DNA of 32,000 nt, from contig CAVRAI010000013.1 of assembly GCA_963718915.1 (NCBI GenBank), positions 472,861-504,860 of the forward strand. The letters run 5' to 3'. Position 1 is the first letter of the stretch. Every line of letters starts with the position of its first letter. The position numbers and the translations under genes were made by a program. Below are positions 8,314 through 16,631 of the stretch, one piece after another. This stretch comes from an uncultured Chloroflexia bacterium. GTDB taxonomy: Bacteria > Chloroflexota > Ktedonobacteria > Ktedonobacterales > JADMIN01. The notes under the pieces were generated by a model. It was not told the origin of the DNA and made no database searches. It saw only the letters and a program-made list of their open reading frames with translations.

Positions 8314-9113
8314 GCCCCTCCTGGCTCTCCTGGCTCTCCCGATGCTTCCGACTCCCCTGAATCTCCCGTTGGTCCAAACCGCTCGGTCTTGATGCGCGCT
8401 GGCTCATGTCCCAGCGCCACAAGGCTCGCCGCTGCGGTCTCGACAAACGGTGTTGGGCCACAGATGAACGCCAGCGGCGGCTCATCGAGAGGCCAGGCCA
8501 CCTCGCGCAGCATCTGGCCATCGATCCGGCGATGATAGCCCGTCCACCCGACCGGTTGCGCTCGTGTCAGGGTATGTATCACCTCAAGTCCCGCGCCGCT
8601 GCCTACCAGCTGATCGAGCTCGGCGCGGTAGATGATCTCGTCATAGGACCGCGACGAGTAGAGCAGGCGCGTCGGCACGGCGCTGCCCACGGCGGCGCGC
8701 TGGCGGATCATCGCCATCAGCGGCACAATCCCCGACCCCCCAGCCACCAGCAACAGCGGCCCACCAATATTGGCCTCCCAGACGAAGTAGCCACCAATCG
8801 GCCCGCGCAGTTCGAGTTTGTCGCCAACCCGCAGTTCGTCGACCAGGTAGGGTGACACCTCGCCATCATCCAGCCGTTCGACGGTCAGCGTGACACGCGG
8901 CGCCTCCGCAGGCGGCGAGGCAATCGAATAACTACGCTCCGCCTGATAGCCATCCTCTGCGGTCAGGCGCACGTCAACATGCTGCCCCGCACGATGTCCA
9001 CTCCAGTTCGGAACCGCCACGGTAATGCTTTTGGCCCGTGCCGTTTCCTCGCGTGAGGTCACCACGTCGCCGAGTTGCCAGATTAATCGCCCTGGTAGCG
9101 CTCTTCTTTCCAT
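8310..9113 (-). CDS. FAD/NAD(P)-binding ferredoxin-reductase-type oxidoreductase
   Basis: FAD motif RSYSIAS and NAD(P) motif LLLVAGGSGIVPLMAMI, with FNR-like size. It overlaps the upstream Mo-enzyme gene by 31 nt. Confidence 0.88.
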   Translation of the reverse strand: MERRALPGRLIWQLGDVVTSREETARAKSITVAVPNWSGHRAGQHVDVRLTAEDGYQAERSYSIASPPAEAPRVTLTVERLDDGEVSPYLVDELRVGDKLELRGPIGGYFVWEANIGGPLLLVAGGSGIVPLMAMIRQRAAVGSAVPTRLLYSSRSYDEIIYRAELDQLVGSGAGLEVIHTLTRAQPVGWTGYHRRIDGQMLREVAWPLDEPPLAFICGPTPFVETAAASLVALGHEPARIKTERFGPTGDSGESEASGEPGEPGGA

Positions 9114-9700
9114 GGGTTCCCGTGGTTGTTATAGCCAAGCGTCTCCCAGAAGCCCGGCTCATCCTCCTCGACCAATTGGAGACCCCGGACCCACTTGGCG
9201 CTCTTCCAGAAATAGAGATGTGGCACAAGGAGCCGCGCAGGGCCGCCATGCTCCGGCGCCAGCGGCTGGCCCTCATAGGCATAGACGACCCACGCCTGTC
9301 CTCCACGCACTTCATCCAGCGGGAGATTCGTGGTATAGCCGCCATCTGAGAAGGCGACCACAAACCTCGCCTCGGACGTAGGCGCGACCTGCTGGAGCAG
9401 CGTATCGACGGAGATCCCCTCCCAATGCGTGTCCAGTTTCGACCACTTGGTCACACAGTGAATATCGACGGTGATCTCCTCGCGCGGCAGCGCCCGCAGT
9501 TCGTCCCAACTCCACCGTTTCGGCTGATTCACCGCCCCCACAATCGCAAAATCCCAGGTCGCGAGCGGCGTATGCGGCGTAGGCCCGGCTGAGAGAACCG
9601 GAAAGCCGCGCTCCAGATACTGTCCTGGCGGAATACGGTCATTGAGCGTGCTCTGCTGACGACGCCCGTGGAAGCCCCGCGAGACGAATCCTTGACTCAT
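9083..9700 (-). CDS. molybdopterin-dependent (sulfite-oxidase-fold) oxidoreductase
   Basis: Motifs IHCVTKWS (Mo-ligand Cys region), GGPARLLVPHLYFWKSAKWV and GYNNHGNPWKEERY. ATG 9700 is preceded directly by GGAGGAGGGAGGAGAAC; the track ORF extends to 9844. Confidence 0.88.
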   Translation of the reverse strand: MSQGFVSRGFHGRRQQSTLNDRIPPGQYLERGFPVLSAGPTPHTPLATWDFAIVGAVNQPKRWSWDELRALPREEITVDIHCVTKWSKLDTHWEGISVDTLLQQVAPTSEARFVVAFSDGGYTTNLPLDEVRGGQAWVVYAYEGQPLAPEHGGPARLLVPHLYFWKSAKWVRGLQLVEEDEPGFWETLGYNNHGNPWKEERYQGD

Positions 9701-9864
9701 AGTTCTCCTCCCTCCTCCTTCCTGCCTGCCTGCCTTCCATCCCAATTCCCTGATTGGCTCACTGACTGATGTTATGCTCTCACTCCACGCACTATGCGAT
9801 GCATCCTCTGTCGCATGTGTACCACGCCTTGGCAGAGAAGCCAACTAGCCCAAGGTTCAGTCGT

Positions 9865-10140
9865 CTAACCCCCGCCGTGTTGCGGATCGCAGCGGCGCAG
9901 CCCATGCCAGCCATCCCAGCGCTCGATCGGGACGTCTGCCCACGTGCCTCACTCAGCCCAGCAGCCGCCATACACATGCACGTCCGGGTAGCCCAGCTGA
10001 TACTCCAGCACCGTTGCAGCCTCGCTCGCTCGCGCGCCAATGGTGCAGTGGTTGACGATACTGCGCTCAGGAACCACACTACGGTTCCGGAACAGTTGCC
10101 GCAGCGCGCCCCTATCTTTGAAGGCGCTGTCGGTTGCGGC
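9865..10140 (-). pseudogene. rhodanese-domain remnant (C-terminal ~60 codons, no start, TGA at the conserved Trp)
   Basis: This frame is not in the ORF track. It reads AATDSAFKDRGALRQLFRNRSVVPERSIVNHCTIGARASEAATVLEYQLGYPDVHVYGGCWAE-TGA-GTWADVPIER. It contains the active-site loop CTIGARA (CxxGxR) and the C-terminal GxWxEW box with TGA (9949-9951) in place of W. Confidence 0.5.
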
Positions 10141-10225
10141 TAGCGCGACGCGCCTAAGCGCGCGATGCCGAGGGCCAGCCTCGCCTGCATCGCGTCGGAG
10201 TGGTGGGTCCGCGCGCCACGAAGAG

Positions 10226-11410
10226 CTACGCAGGCGGTGCGAAGCGGGCGGGCGCGAAGGGCGCCAGGTCTAAATCCACGTCCAAGTCGGGAGTGGAGGA
10301 CTGGCCCAGGGCGAGGTCGGCCACGAGCGCACCGGAGTAGGGACCGAGCTGCAACCCAGAGGCGCCGTGGCCTGTGGCGACGTAGAGGCGTTCGCGTCCG
10401 GGGATGCGACCGAGCAGAGGCAGACCGTCCGGGCTGGCCGGCCGGAGGCCGACGCGCACCTCATCAAGGGTGGCATCTGCCAGGCCCGGGGCGACGCGCA
10501 GCGCCTCCTCCAGCGCCTCGCGTACGCCTCCCGCCGTCATGCGGGCGTCGAAGCCAGAGTCGCTCTCGCGGGTCGCGCCCGCCACAACGCGATCCTGCGG
10601 GAACGTCAGGAGGTAGTGCGAGTGGAAGCCGACGACGATGGGCCAGCGGGCAGTCTCGCGGCCGGGCAGCCGCAGGTGCAAGATCTGCCCGCGCTGAGGG
10701 AAGACGGGCAGGCGCACTCCCGCTCCCAGCGTCTCGCCGAGCGTGCCCGACCAAGCGCCGCCAGCAAGCATGGCAGCGCCCGCTGTGAGCGTCTCGCCAT
10801 TCACGGACATCTCCACACCGCTTCCTGCCTCGCGGATCGCCTCGGCCGAGCCAATGACGATGCGCGCCCCGTGCCGCGCCGCTCCCCGGCACATGGCGTC
10901 GCGCAGCAGGCGACCGTCCACGCGCGCCGCGTCGCTGGTGTGGATCGCGCCCAAGCAGGTACCGAGCGCGGGGAAGAGCGTACGCGCCTCGTCGCCGCTG
11001 AGCATCTGGACCGCGCCGATGCGGGGCGCGCCAGACGCACGGCGCTCCTCGATCAGCCGCAGGAGTACGGGCAAAGCCGCAATCTCTGCCTCAGTGGTGG
11101 CGACGTGCAGGAGACCCACCGTCTCGAAGCCGGTCTCCGTCTCGCCGTCCTTGTCCAGCGCGGCAAGCAGGGTATCGTAGTAGGCGACGGCGCGGAAGGC
11201 TAGCGAGAAGAATTCTGGCGGCGGGTGGTAGCTGGTACCGGGCGAGATGATGCCAGCGCCAGCCGCCGTCGCCTGGCCCTTATCGGCGCGGTCCACCAGC
11301 GTCACGCGCGCCCCGGAGCACGCCAGCCGGTACGCCGCGCTCGCCCCGACGATGCCGCCGCCAATCACGATCACGTCGTCCAATGCATCACCTCTCGTCG
11401 CCGCTCGCAT
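10226..11410 (-). CDS. FAD-dependent oxidoreductase (DAO / glycine-oxidase-like family)
   Basis: N-terminal Rossmann motif VIVIGGGIVGASAAYRLA..G..VTLVD. 394 aa, with a family-typical C-terminal GHGASGLQLGP. Confidence 0.9.
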   Translation of the reverse strand: MRAATRGDALDDVIVIGGGIVGASAAYRLACSGARVTLVDRADKGQATAAGAGIISPGTSYHPPPEFFSLAFRAVAYYDTLLAALDKDGETETGFETVGLLHVATTEAEIAALPVLLRLIEERRASGAPRIGAVQMLSGDEARTLFPALGTCLGAIHTSDAARVDGRLLRDAMCRGAARHGARIVIGSAEAIREAGSGVEMSVNGETLTAGAAMLAGGAWSGTLGETLGAGVRLPVFPQRGQILHLRLPGRETARWPIVVGFHSHYLLTFPQDRVVAGATRESDSGFDARMTAGGVREALEEALRVAPGLADATLDEVRVGLRPASPDGLPLLGRIPGRERLYVATGHGASGLQLGPYSGALVADLALGQSSTPDLDVDLDLAPFAPARFAPPA

Positions 11411-11963
11411 GCATTGTCAGGTCGGATCCTCGCACATAGGCGTCTGTCTAGACGTCGTCCCATACATATCACATGCACACTATAGGTGGAATCACGACGC
11501 CAAGTCTAGAATCGTCATACTACGAATGGCCGGTCGGCAACCACCGATTGAGGGCATCGAGGCAAGCTCGGACATGCTAGGAGGTAAGCCGACGACATAT
11601 GCAGTATACTCACGAGCCGTAGGAGACGTAGCCTTCGACGTGAACAAACACGTCCAAAGCACTCAGAGCACCCGCTAGCATCTAGAGCATCCAAAGATGA
11701 CCACATTGCTGCCTCCCTCGGCGCCCCCTGCTCCGCTGGCTCCGTGTCAACCAGTGTCCACGATCCAGCCCTGCTCGGCGCGCCTCGCCAGGCGTGCTCC
11801 GCACCTGACTACGCTCGGCCTGGGATGCTAACCCATTTGGGTAGCAACATGGCTACGTCGACCTGGCATGGGAGATGATCCGCTATATTGGGGGAACAAC
11901 CACCTGCACGAATGGGACCGTGTGACCCAAACAACCTGACCCCGGCATCCTGGAAGGAAACAC

Positions 11964-12668
11964 ATGACAAATGAACTGAGCGCCCATCTGCAAGCGGGCG
12001 TCTCGCGCTTCGAGCGCGGTCGCTATCGCGAAGCCCTCCTGGCGGCCAATATCCTACTCGCAGCGGCCCCCGAGGCGCCCCATGCGTGGGAGCTGCGGTG
12101 CGAAGCCCTCACTCGGCTCCTGCGGTTTAACGAGTCCATTGAGGCTGCGATACAGGTGGAGCGTTTTGCCCCAGACAATCCACAGCAGATCGCTGCGGCA
12201 CGGCGCCACAAGGGCTTCGCGTTGCAGCGGCTCAAGCGCTACGCCGAGGCGGTGACTGCGTACCGCGGCGCTATTGAGTGCACGCCAGCAGGGCCAGATC
12301 AGACCTACGCGTGGACGAACCTGGGCGCGTGCCTCCTGCACCTCAAGCGGGCTCCCGAGGCGCTGGAGGCCACCCAGCGCGCGATCGCGGTCGATGCGAC
12401 CGATCCACAGGCCTGGCTGTGCCACGCTGGAGCCCTAGAAGCATTGGGCCGTCGGCGCCAGGCCGTCGATGCGTTGGAACGCGCGATCGCCCTCGATCCC
12501 TACCATCCAGATGCGGCGCTCGCTTGGGTCGGAGCGCTGCTGTATCTGGGCAGGCTCCGTCAAGCCTGGCGCGCGTTCGGCGAAGTCCGCGCCCACTGGG
12601 GTGGCATCACCATGCGCAGGAACGAGCGCAGATACGGGCCAACCAGCCTGTACATTCCGCACCGCTGA
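11964..12668 (+). CDS. tetratricopeptide repeat protein
   Basis: Repeated 34-residue A/L/Y-rich helical units (..AWTNLGACLLHLKRAPEALEATQRAIAVDATDPQAW..). GGAAGGAAA lies upstream of the ATG. Confidence 0.8.
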   Translation: MTNELSAHLQAGVSRFERGRYREALLAANILLAAAPEAPHAWELRCEALTRLLRFNESIEAAIQVERFAPDNPQQIAAARRHKGFALQRLKRYAEAVTAYRGAIECTPAGPDQTYAWTNLGACLLHLKRAPEALEATQRAIAVDATDPQAWLCHAGALEALGRRRQAVDALERAIALDPYHPDAALAWVGALLYLGRLRQAWRAFGEVRAHWGGITMRRNERRYGPTSLYIPHR

Positions 12669-12707
12669 CGCTGCTGAACACAGTGCCTGGCGACACTCCC
12701 AGTCCCT

Positions 12708-12742
12708 CACCGTCTTTCACCGTCTTTCACCGTCTTTCACCG
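12708..12742. repeat. 10-bp tandem repeat CACCGTCTTT x3.5
   Basis: Read directly from the sequence. It contains the stop codon (12727-12729) of the minus-strand TPR gene. Confidence 0.95.
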
Positions 12743-13608
12743 AGGCGCTTGAGTCGCTCTATCCGAGCGGGCTCTGTCGCCATCAGCCAGGCGTCTTGCG
12801 ATAGCTTCGCATATGCCTGGGTGAAATACGGACGCGCCTCGTCAGATCGGCCGAGGGCGAGCAGGCATTCGCCGAGTTCTTCTTCAGTATAGCCATCACT
12901 CGCGCCGAGTGGTTTCCACTCCTCTTGCAGGGCCTGCTGCTGGCGCAGCGCCTCTTCGACGTCGCCACTGGAGCGCAGCGTTCGCGCGATACACCATTTG
13001 GCGATCAGGATCTCGCGAGGGTCCTTCTGAATCCGCCGCCACTCGAGCGCCTTGTAAAAAGCCTCCAGCGCGAGCGCATACTGCCCTTGCGCATGATAAT
13101 CCCACCCAATGTTATTGTAGAGCGAGCCACCCCATTGCTGCGCTCGCGCATCGGTGGTCTGCTCCACCACCTCCAGCCCTTTGCGGTTCCACGCCAGCTT
13201 CTCAGCCGACGGCGCGACGATGGCTATCATATGCGCCGCATCAATGGCATAGACATCTTCATTGCAGGCCCGAGCTTGCTCCCAGGCGGCCTCAAAGAGC
13301 GGGCGAGCTTCCTCCGGCTGGCCAGAAGAATTGAAGACACGACCCCGCTCCAGCAAATAGCGCACATTGGCACGGCAGAGATCGGCGGTCAGGAGGGCCT
13401 GCACAGCATCGAGCGTCTGATGGGCGACCGCAAAGTCGCGCTGCAAGCCCTGCGTGCGGGCAATCTGGGTCAGCAGTTCAAGGTAATAGGAAAGGTTGCG
13501 CGATGCCTGGGCTTCGGGGAGCAAGGCACGAAAAACTATCTCGGTCTGTGCGGGCATGGCATAGTCCCACAGTGCATCAAAGTCAGGAAGGGAACTGCCC
13601 TCGGTCAT
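12727..13608 (-). CDS. tetratricopeptide repeat protein
   Basis: TPR-like units (YNNIGWDYHAQGQYALALEAFYKALEW..). ATGA overlap with the upstream methyltransferase-family gene. Confidence 0.8.
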   Translation of the reverse strand: MTEGSSLPDFDALWDYAMPAQTEIVFRALLPEAQASRNLSYYLELLTQIARTQGLQRDFAVAHQTLDAVQALLTADLCRANVRYLLERGRVFNSSGQPEEARPLFEAAWEQARACNEDVYAIDAAHMIAIVAPSAEKLAWNRKGLEVVEQTTDARAQQWGGSLYNNIGWDYHAQGQYALALEAFYKALEWRRIQKDPREILIAKWCIARTLRSSGDVEEALRQQQALQEEWKPLGASDGYTEEELGECLLALGRSDEARPYFTQAYAKLSQDAWLMATEPARIERLKRLGERR

Positions 13609-14281
13609 GAATCCACTCCTGGAGCTAGAGAGATAATGAGCAGCAGGAGCAGCATTCTCACTGGCAACCTCGTTTCCGGCAACGGTGACGTAAGCTCCTT
13701 ACTTACCTTGTTGCACAATTCGTACGCTTGATAGGCGCTCCCAAACGTCTCCGCCAGCAGTCGCTCCTCAATCCCGATACGATACCGCAGGGCAAGCAGT
13801 ATCAGCACAAACGCGATCACGGCTCCGATCCAGGTTCCCAGCGCCAGCGCAGCCGCCGTGAAGAACACCAACAAACCGGTGTATACCGGATGCCGCAGCC
13901 ACCGGTAAAGGCCGGTGGTGATCCGTTGGTGTCCCTGCTCGATCTCGACCACATTCGAGAAGAAGGCGCCCACCGTCAGCACCGACCACTCCCGCCACAG
14001 CGCGGCGAGCGCCATCCCAAGTAACCCGACATATTCCACCCAGGCGGTCACGATGCCCAACCCAAGATAGCGGCATCCACCGGCGATGACGAGTGAGAGC
14101 ACGGCCGAGCCGTTCACCATCAGCAGCGATCCGGCGTCGGACCGCTGTCGGGCAAGCCTGGTTGGCTGCCGACGCCGCGAAACTGCAAGGTGGCGTCAAG
14201 GAGGAAGAGACCGAGAACGAGCACTGCGAACACATTGCTGATGAGAGCGTTTGGAAACCAGTGGAGTGGGTCATTGAACAC
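13605..14281 (-). pseudogene. isoprenylcysteine carboxyl methyltransferase (ICMT/PEMT-like) family membrane protein, single frameshift
   Basis: Family motif GLYRWLRHPVYTGLL and EERLLAETFG appear in frame 13605-14120. The N-terminal TM helix (GTG 14281 preceded by GAGGAGG; VFNDPLHWFPNALISNVFAVLVLGLFLL) is in another frame. The frames can only be joined between 14123 and 14195. Confidence 0.7.
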
Positions 14282-14731
14282 GGTATGCCTCCTCGCAGAG
14301 CGGTGACGAAGACAGTGCGGTGTAATGACCGATGGGCATAACGAGGCGGTGGAGGGTTGACCAGCCCAGTTTTGCGCGCAGTCTAACAGTTGCTCACCCT
14401 CGAGCATTTCCTAATGTGAGCCAGGATCAGTCAGGACCGCCATCAGGGAAAATGTGGGGAATGTGGCTACGACGTGCGCAGCGTCAATGAGCCAAGCGTC
14501 ACAGTGGCCGAAATCGTCAGTGTCGGCATGCTACCTTCCAGTGCGGCCCGCGCCCAGAGCGCGCCCTCCTTCGCTATGTATTCCTCACCCAGCTCGATGT
14601 AGCCCCGTTGCGACTCCATGGCCATCCAGGCCGCGGTTTACGCTGGCACGGTGATCTCGGCTGACAAGAGAGCGGCGATAAAGCGCGCGTGGCGCCCTGC
14701 TGAAAATCCCTCCAAAGTCGCGCACAGTCGT

Positions 14732-15364
14732 TTACCCCACTAGAGGCTCAAGATAGCGCTGCAATGCCGTTTTGAGTTCTGCGACGAGGAGGACACGCTG
14801 GTCCGCCGGTCCGGCGAGGATGCGGGGCAACATCGCCCTGAAAAGTTGGGTGCTCAGCTGCGCGCTCACGGAGCGCTGCGTGGTCGAGAGCGTTGGCGCT
14901 CGTTGGCGGAAGCCCCGTTCAAACTGCCGTTGCAGTTCGTTCGGCAGCTCCTGCGTCAACGTCGCTACCGCTGTGGAGGGCGGAGTATTGAGGAGGACAT
15001 GGAACGCCGGACGGGCATCATGGAAGGCGAGCAGTGTATCTACGACCTGATCGAGCCAGTGCGACAGGGGCGCTGTGGCGGTCTCCGCCGCAAACGCAAC
15101 CGCATACACCTGCTCAAGCTCCTCGTTGTAGCGCGTCGCGAGGGCGTGCGCAATCGCTTCTTTATTGGCAAAGAACTGATAGAGCGAGCCGGGCGAGATT
15201 CCGGCCTCAGCTGCAATATGATTGGTGGTGGCCTCAGCATAGCCCATCCGCGCGAAACAGATCTCAGCAGCATCTAGGATCGCGTCCATGCGGCGTAGTC
15301 CGCGTGCGCGGCGAACGCGTCTTGGTGGCTCCATCGAACGCCCACATCCTCCCTCCCAAGCCAC
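14732..15364 (-). CDS. TetR/AcrR family transcriptional regulator
   Basis: HTH region ILDAAEICFARMGYAEATTNHIAAEAGISPGSLYQFFANKEAI. The start is uncertain (15364 or 15334). Confidence 0.88.
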   Translation of the reverse strand: MAWEGGCGRSMEPPRRVRRARGLRRMDAILDAAEICFARMGYAEATTNHIAAEAGISPGSLYQFFANKEAIAHALATRYNEELEQVYAVAFAAETATAPLSHWLDQVVDTLLAFHDARPAFHVLLNTPPSTAVATLTQELPNELQRQFERGFRQRAPTLSTTQRSVSAQLSTQLFRAMLPRILAGPADQRVLLVAELKTALQRYLEPLVG

Positions 15365-15437
15365 GTCCGTCTCCGTCGGCGCCCAACGCCAGGCTGAACG
15401 TCAACGGGAAAGTGCGTGCTGGATCCTCTTGACAAAA

Positions 15438-15481
15438 ACGAGCAAAAACTCGTACATCTATCAGTGCGAGTAAATACTCGT
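15438..15481. promoter_or_regulatory. two 16-bp operator-like palindromes (CGAG-N6-CTCG) overlapping a TTGACA promoter
   Basis: ACGAGCAAAAACTCGT (15438-15453) and GCGAGTAAATACTCGT (15466-15481). TTGACA sits at 15429-15434, with TACATC 18 nt downstream. The sites lie between the TetR gene and the divergent 15553 gene. Confidence 0.5.
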
Positions 15482-15552
15482 GTTGGGAGCATAGCGCACC
15501 CGGACGCGCAAGTCCATCACGACGTGTCCACTACGACAGGAGCGCGAGCCAC

Positions 15553-15864
15553 ATGATCATTTCGTCCAATCGGTACACCGTACGCCCGGAGTATGCGGCA
15601 GAGAATGCCGCTCGTATTCGTGAAGTGATGGCCGAGTTGCGCGCGATGCGCCGAACGGATATCACCTATCGGGTCTTTCTGCAAGACGATGGCAAGACGT
15701 TTGTTCATTGGCGGCTGTGCGCCGATGAGGAAGCGAGCAAGGTATTTGACCACCTCGCCTCGTTCCAACGCTTTACCGAGGCGCTCATAGCCAGCCAACC
15801 TGAGGTCCCTCCGGGAAAAGCTGTGTATCTCACCCTGGTCGATGCCACCTCTGATCAGTTGTGA
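15553..15864 (+). CDS. small ABM-like (antibiotic biosynthesis monooxygenase fold) protein
   Basis: 103 aa with an alternating beta-alpha-beta pattern and ..FVHWRLCADEEASKVFDHLASFQRFTEAL.., typical of ABM/Dabb-type domains. The assignment rests on pattern only. Confidence 0.6.
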   Translation: MIISSNRYTVRPEYAAENAARIREVMAELRAMRRTDITYRVFLQDDGKTFVHWRLCADEEASKVFDHLASFQRFTEALIASQPEVPPGKAVYLTLVDATSDQL

Positions 15865-15886
15865 CGTACAACGCACCGGCCCCTAG

Positions 15887-16294
15887 GGGCTGGTCCAACC
15901 GAGGACTGCGTCATCCCATCTCTCCGTTGTGTCTGACTATGCGATCAGTGAGTCATTTGGCTGCGAGCGCGGCGTCTCTCACACCTTTGCCGAGGCTCAT
16001 CTTCAAAGGCCTCTTCACAGGCATGTTGGTGATTGGGCAGCCGTGGCGCTCATTCCAGGTCTGCCGCTTACCACGCTGATGGTGCTCGCGCAGGTGACCA
16101 ATGGCATGCTCTTGCCTATTCTGTTTGTCATTATCCTGCGGCTGGTCAACGGCAAGCGCGTGATGGGCAGCTATGTCAATTCGCGGACGCAAAATCTCAT
16201 TTCCTAGAGCGCCACAGGCGTGCTCAGCGCGCTCTGTGCGGTCATGCTTGCCAGCATCCTGTTGCCGCTCGTGGGAGTGCCGTTCCTTCAGTGA
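15887..16294 (+). pseudogene. Nramp (MntH-type) metal transporter, C-terminal remnant
   Basis: YAISESFG..RGVS..FAEA .. AAVALIPGLPLTTLMVLAQVTNGMLLPILFVIILRLVNGKRVMGSYVNSRTQNLIS-TAG-SATGVLSALCAVMLASILL. There is an in-frame TAG at 16205-16207 where Trp is expected. A short out-of-frame stretch (IFKGLFTGMLVIG, found in another frame) lies at about 15990-16045. The first ~300 codons are absent. Confidence 0.7.
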
Positions 16295-16422
16295 CTCCGA
16301 GTGACCAGCCGCAAGTATTTGCAGTCCAGTGGCATGCTGGGCTCGCCTCACGTGCCAAATGGCGACTCCATGAGGCGACTCCATTGGGAAGCAACTGAGC
16401 GCGCTACGCTTCTCGTATTTGC

Positions 16423-16614
16423 TTGAAATGCAAACTCAATACTCATCGGGTCCGTTTGGGACGCACTCGAAGGACACGAGAAAGGATGCGTGGGGCTATC
16501 GCTATCTATCTGGAGGGCATGCGCGCCGATGGCGCGTATTTTCCTGTGGCTGATCCGAACGAGGTGGCAGAATTGCTTGAAGTGAATGTGCCAGAGGATT
16601 TGCCAAACCCTTAA
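16423..16614 (+). pseudogene. HicB/UPF0150-like antitoxin, 3' fragment (tentative)
   Basis: ERMRGAIAIYLEGMRADGAYFPVADP resembles the ..REAIELYLE.L..DGEPIP.P end of the HicB N-domain. No convincing N-terminal half and no adjacent HicA. Confidence 0.3.
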
Positions 16615-16631
16615 CCATTCGTGCGTGGCAT

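Noticed and set aside
9949-9951. TGA in the rhodanese remnant as a selenocysteine codon (tempting because selC is in the window)
   Set aside because: The position corresponds to a conserved structural Trp, not a catalytic Cys. The gene also lacks a start and its N-terminal half. I saw no obvious SECIS-like hairpin, though this was judged by eye only.
10165-11203. Plus-strand ORFs of 207 and 278 aa (10165-10788, 10367-11203), plus several smaller ones
   Set aside because: They are Arg/Ala/Pro-rich shadows opposite the well-supported FAD oxidoreductase, as expected in high-GC DNA.
11411-11963. Riboswitch in the 550-bp divergent intergenic region upstream of the FAD (glycine-oxidase-like) gene
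   Set aside because: GGGTGCTCTGAGT superficially resembles the start of a TPP element, but the remaining conserved TPP or glycine riboswitch blocks are absent. Only short hairpins are present (GACGTG/CACGTC).
12925-13731. 268-aa plus-strand ORF
   Set aside because: It lies antisense to the TPR gene, has no motifs and lacks an RBS.
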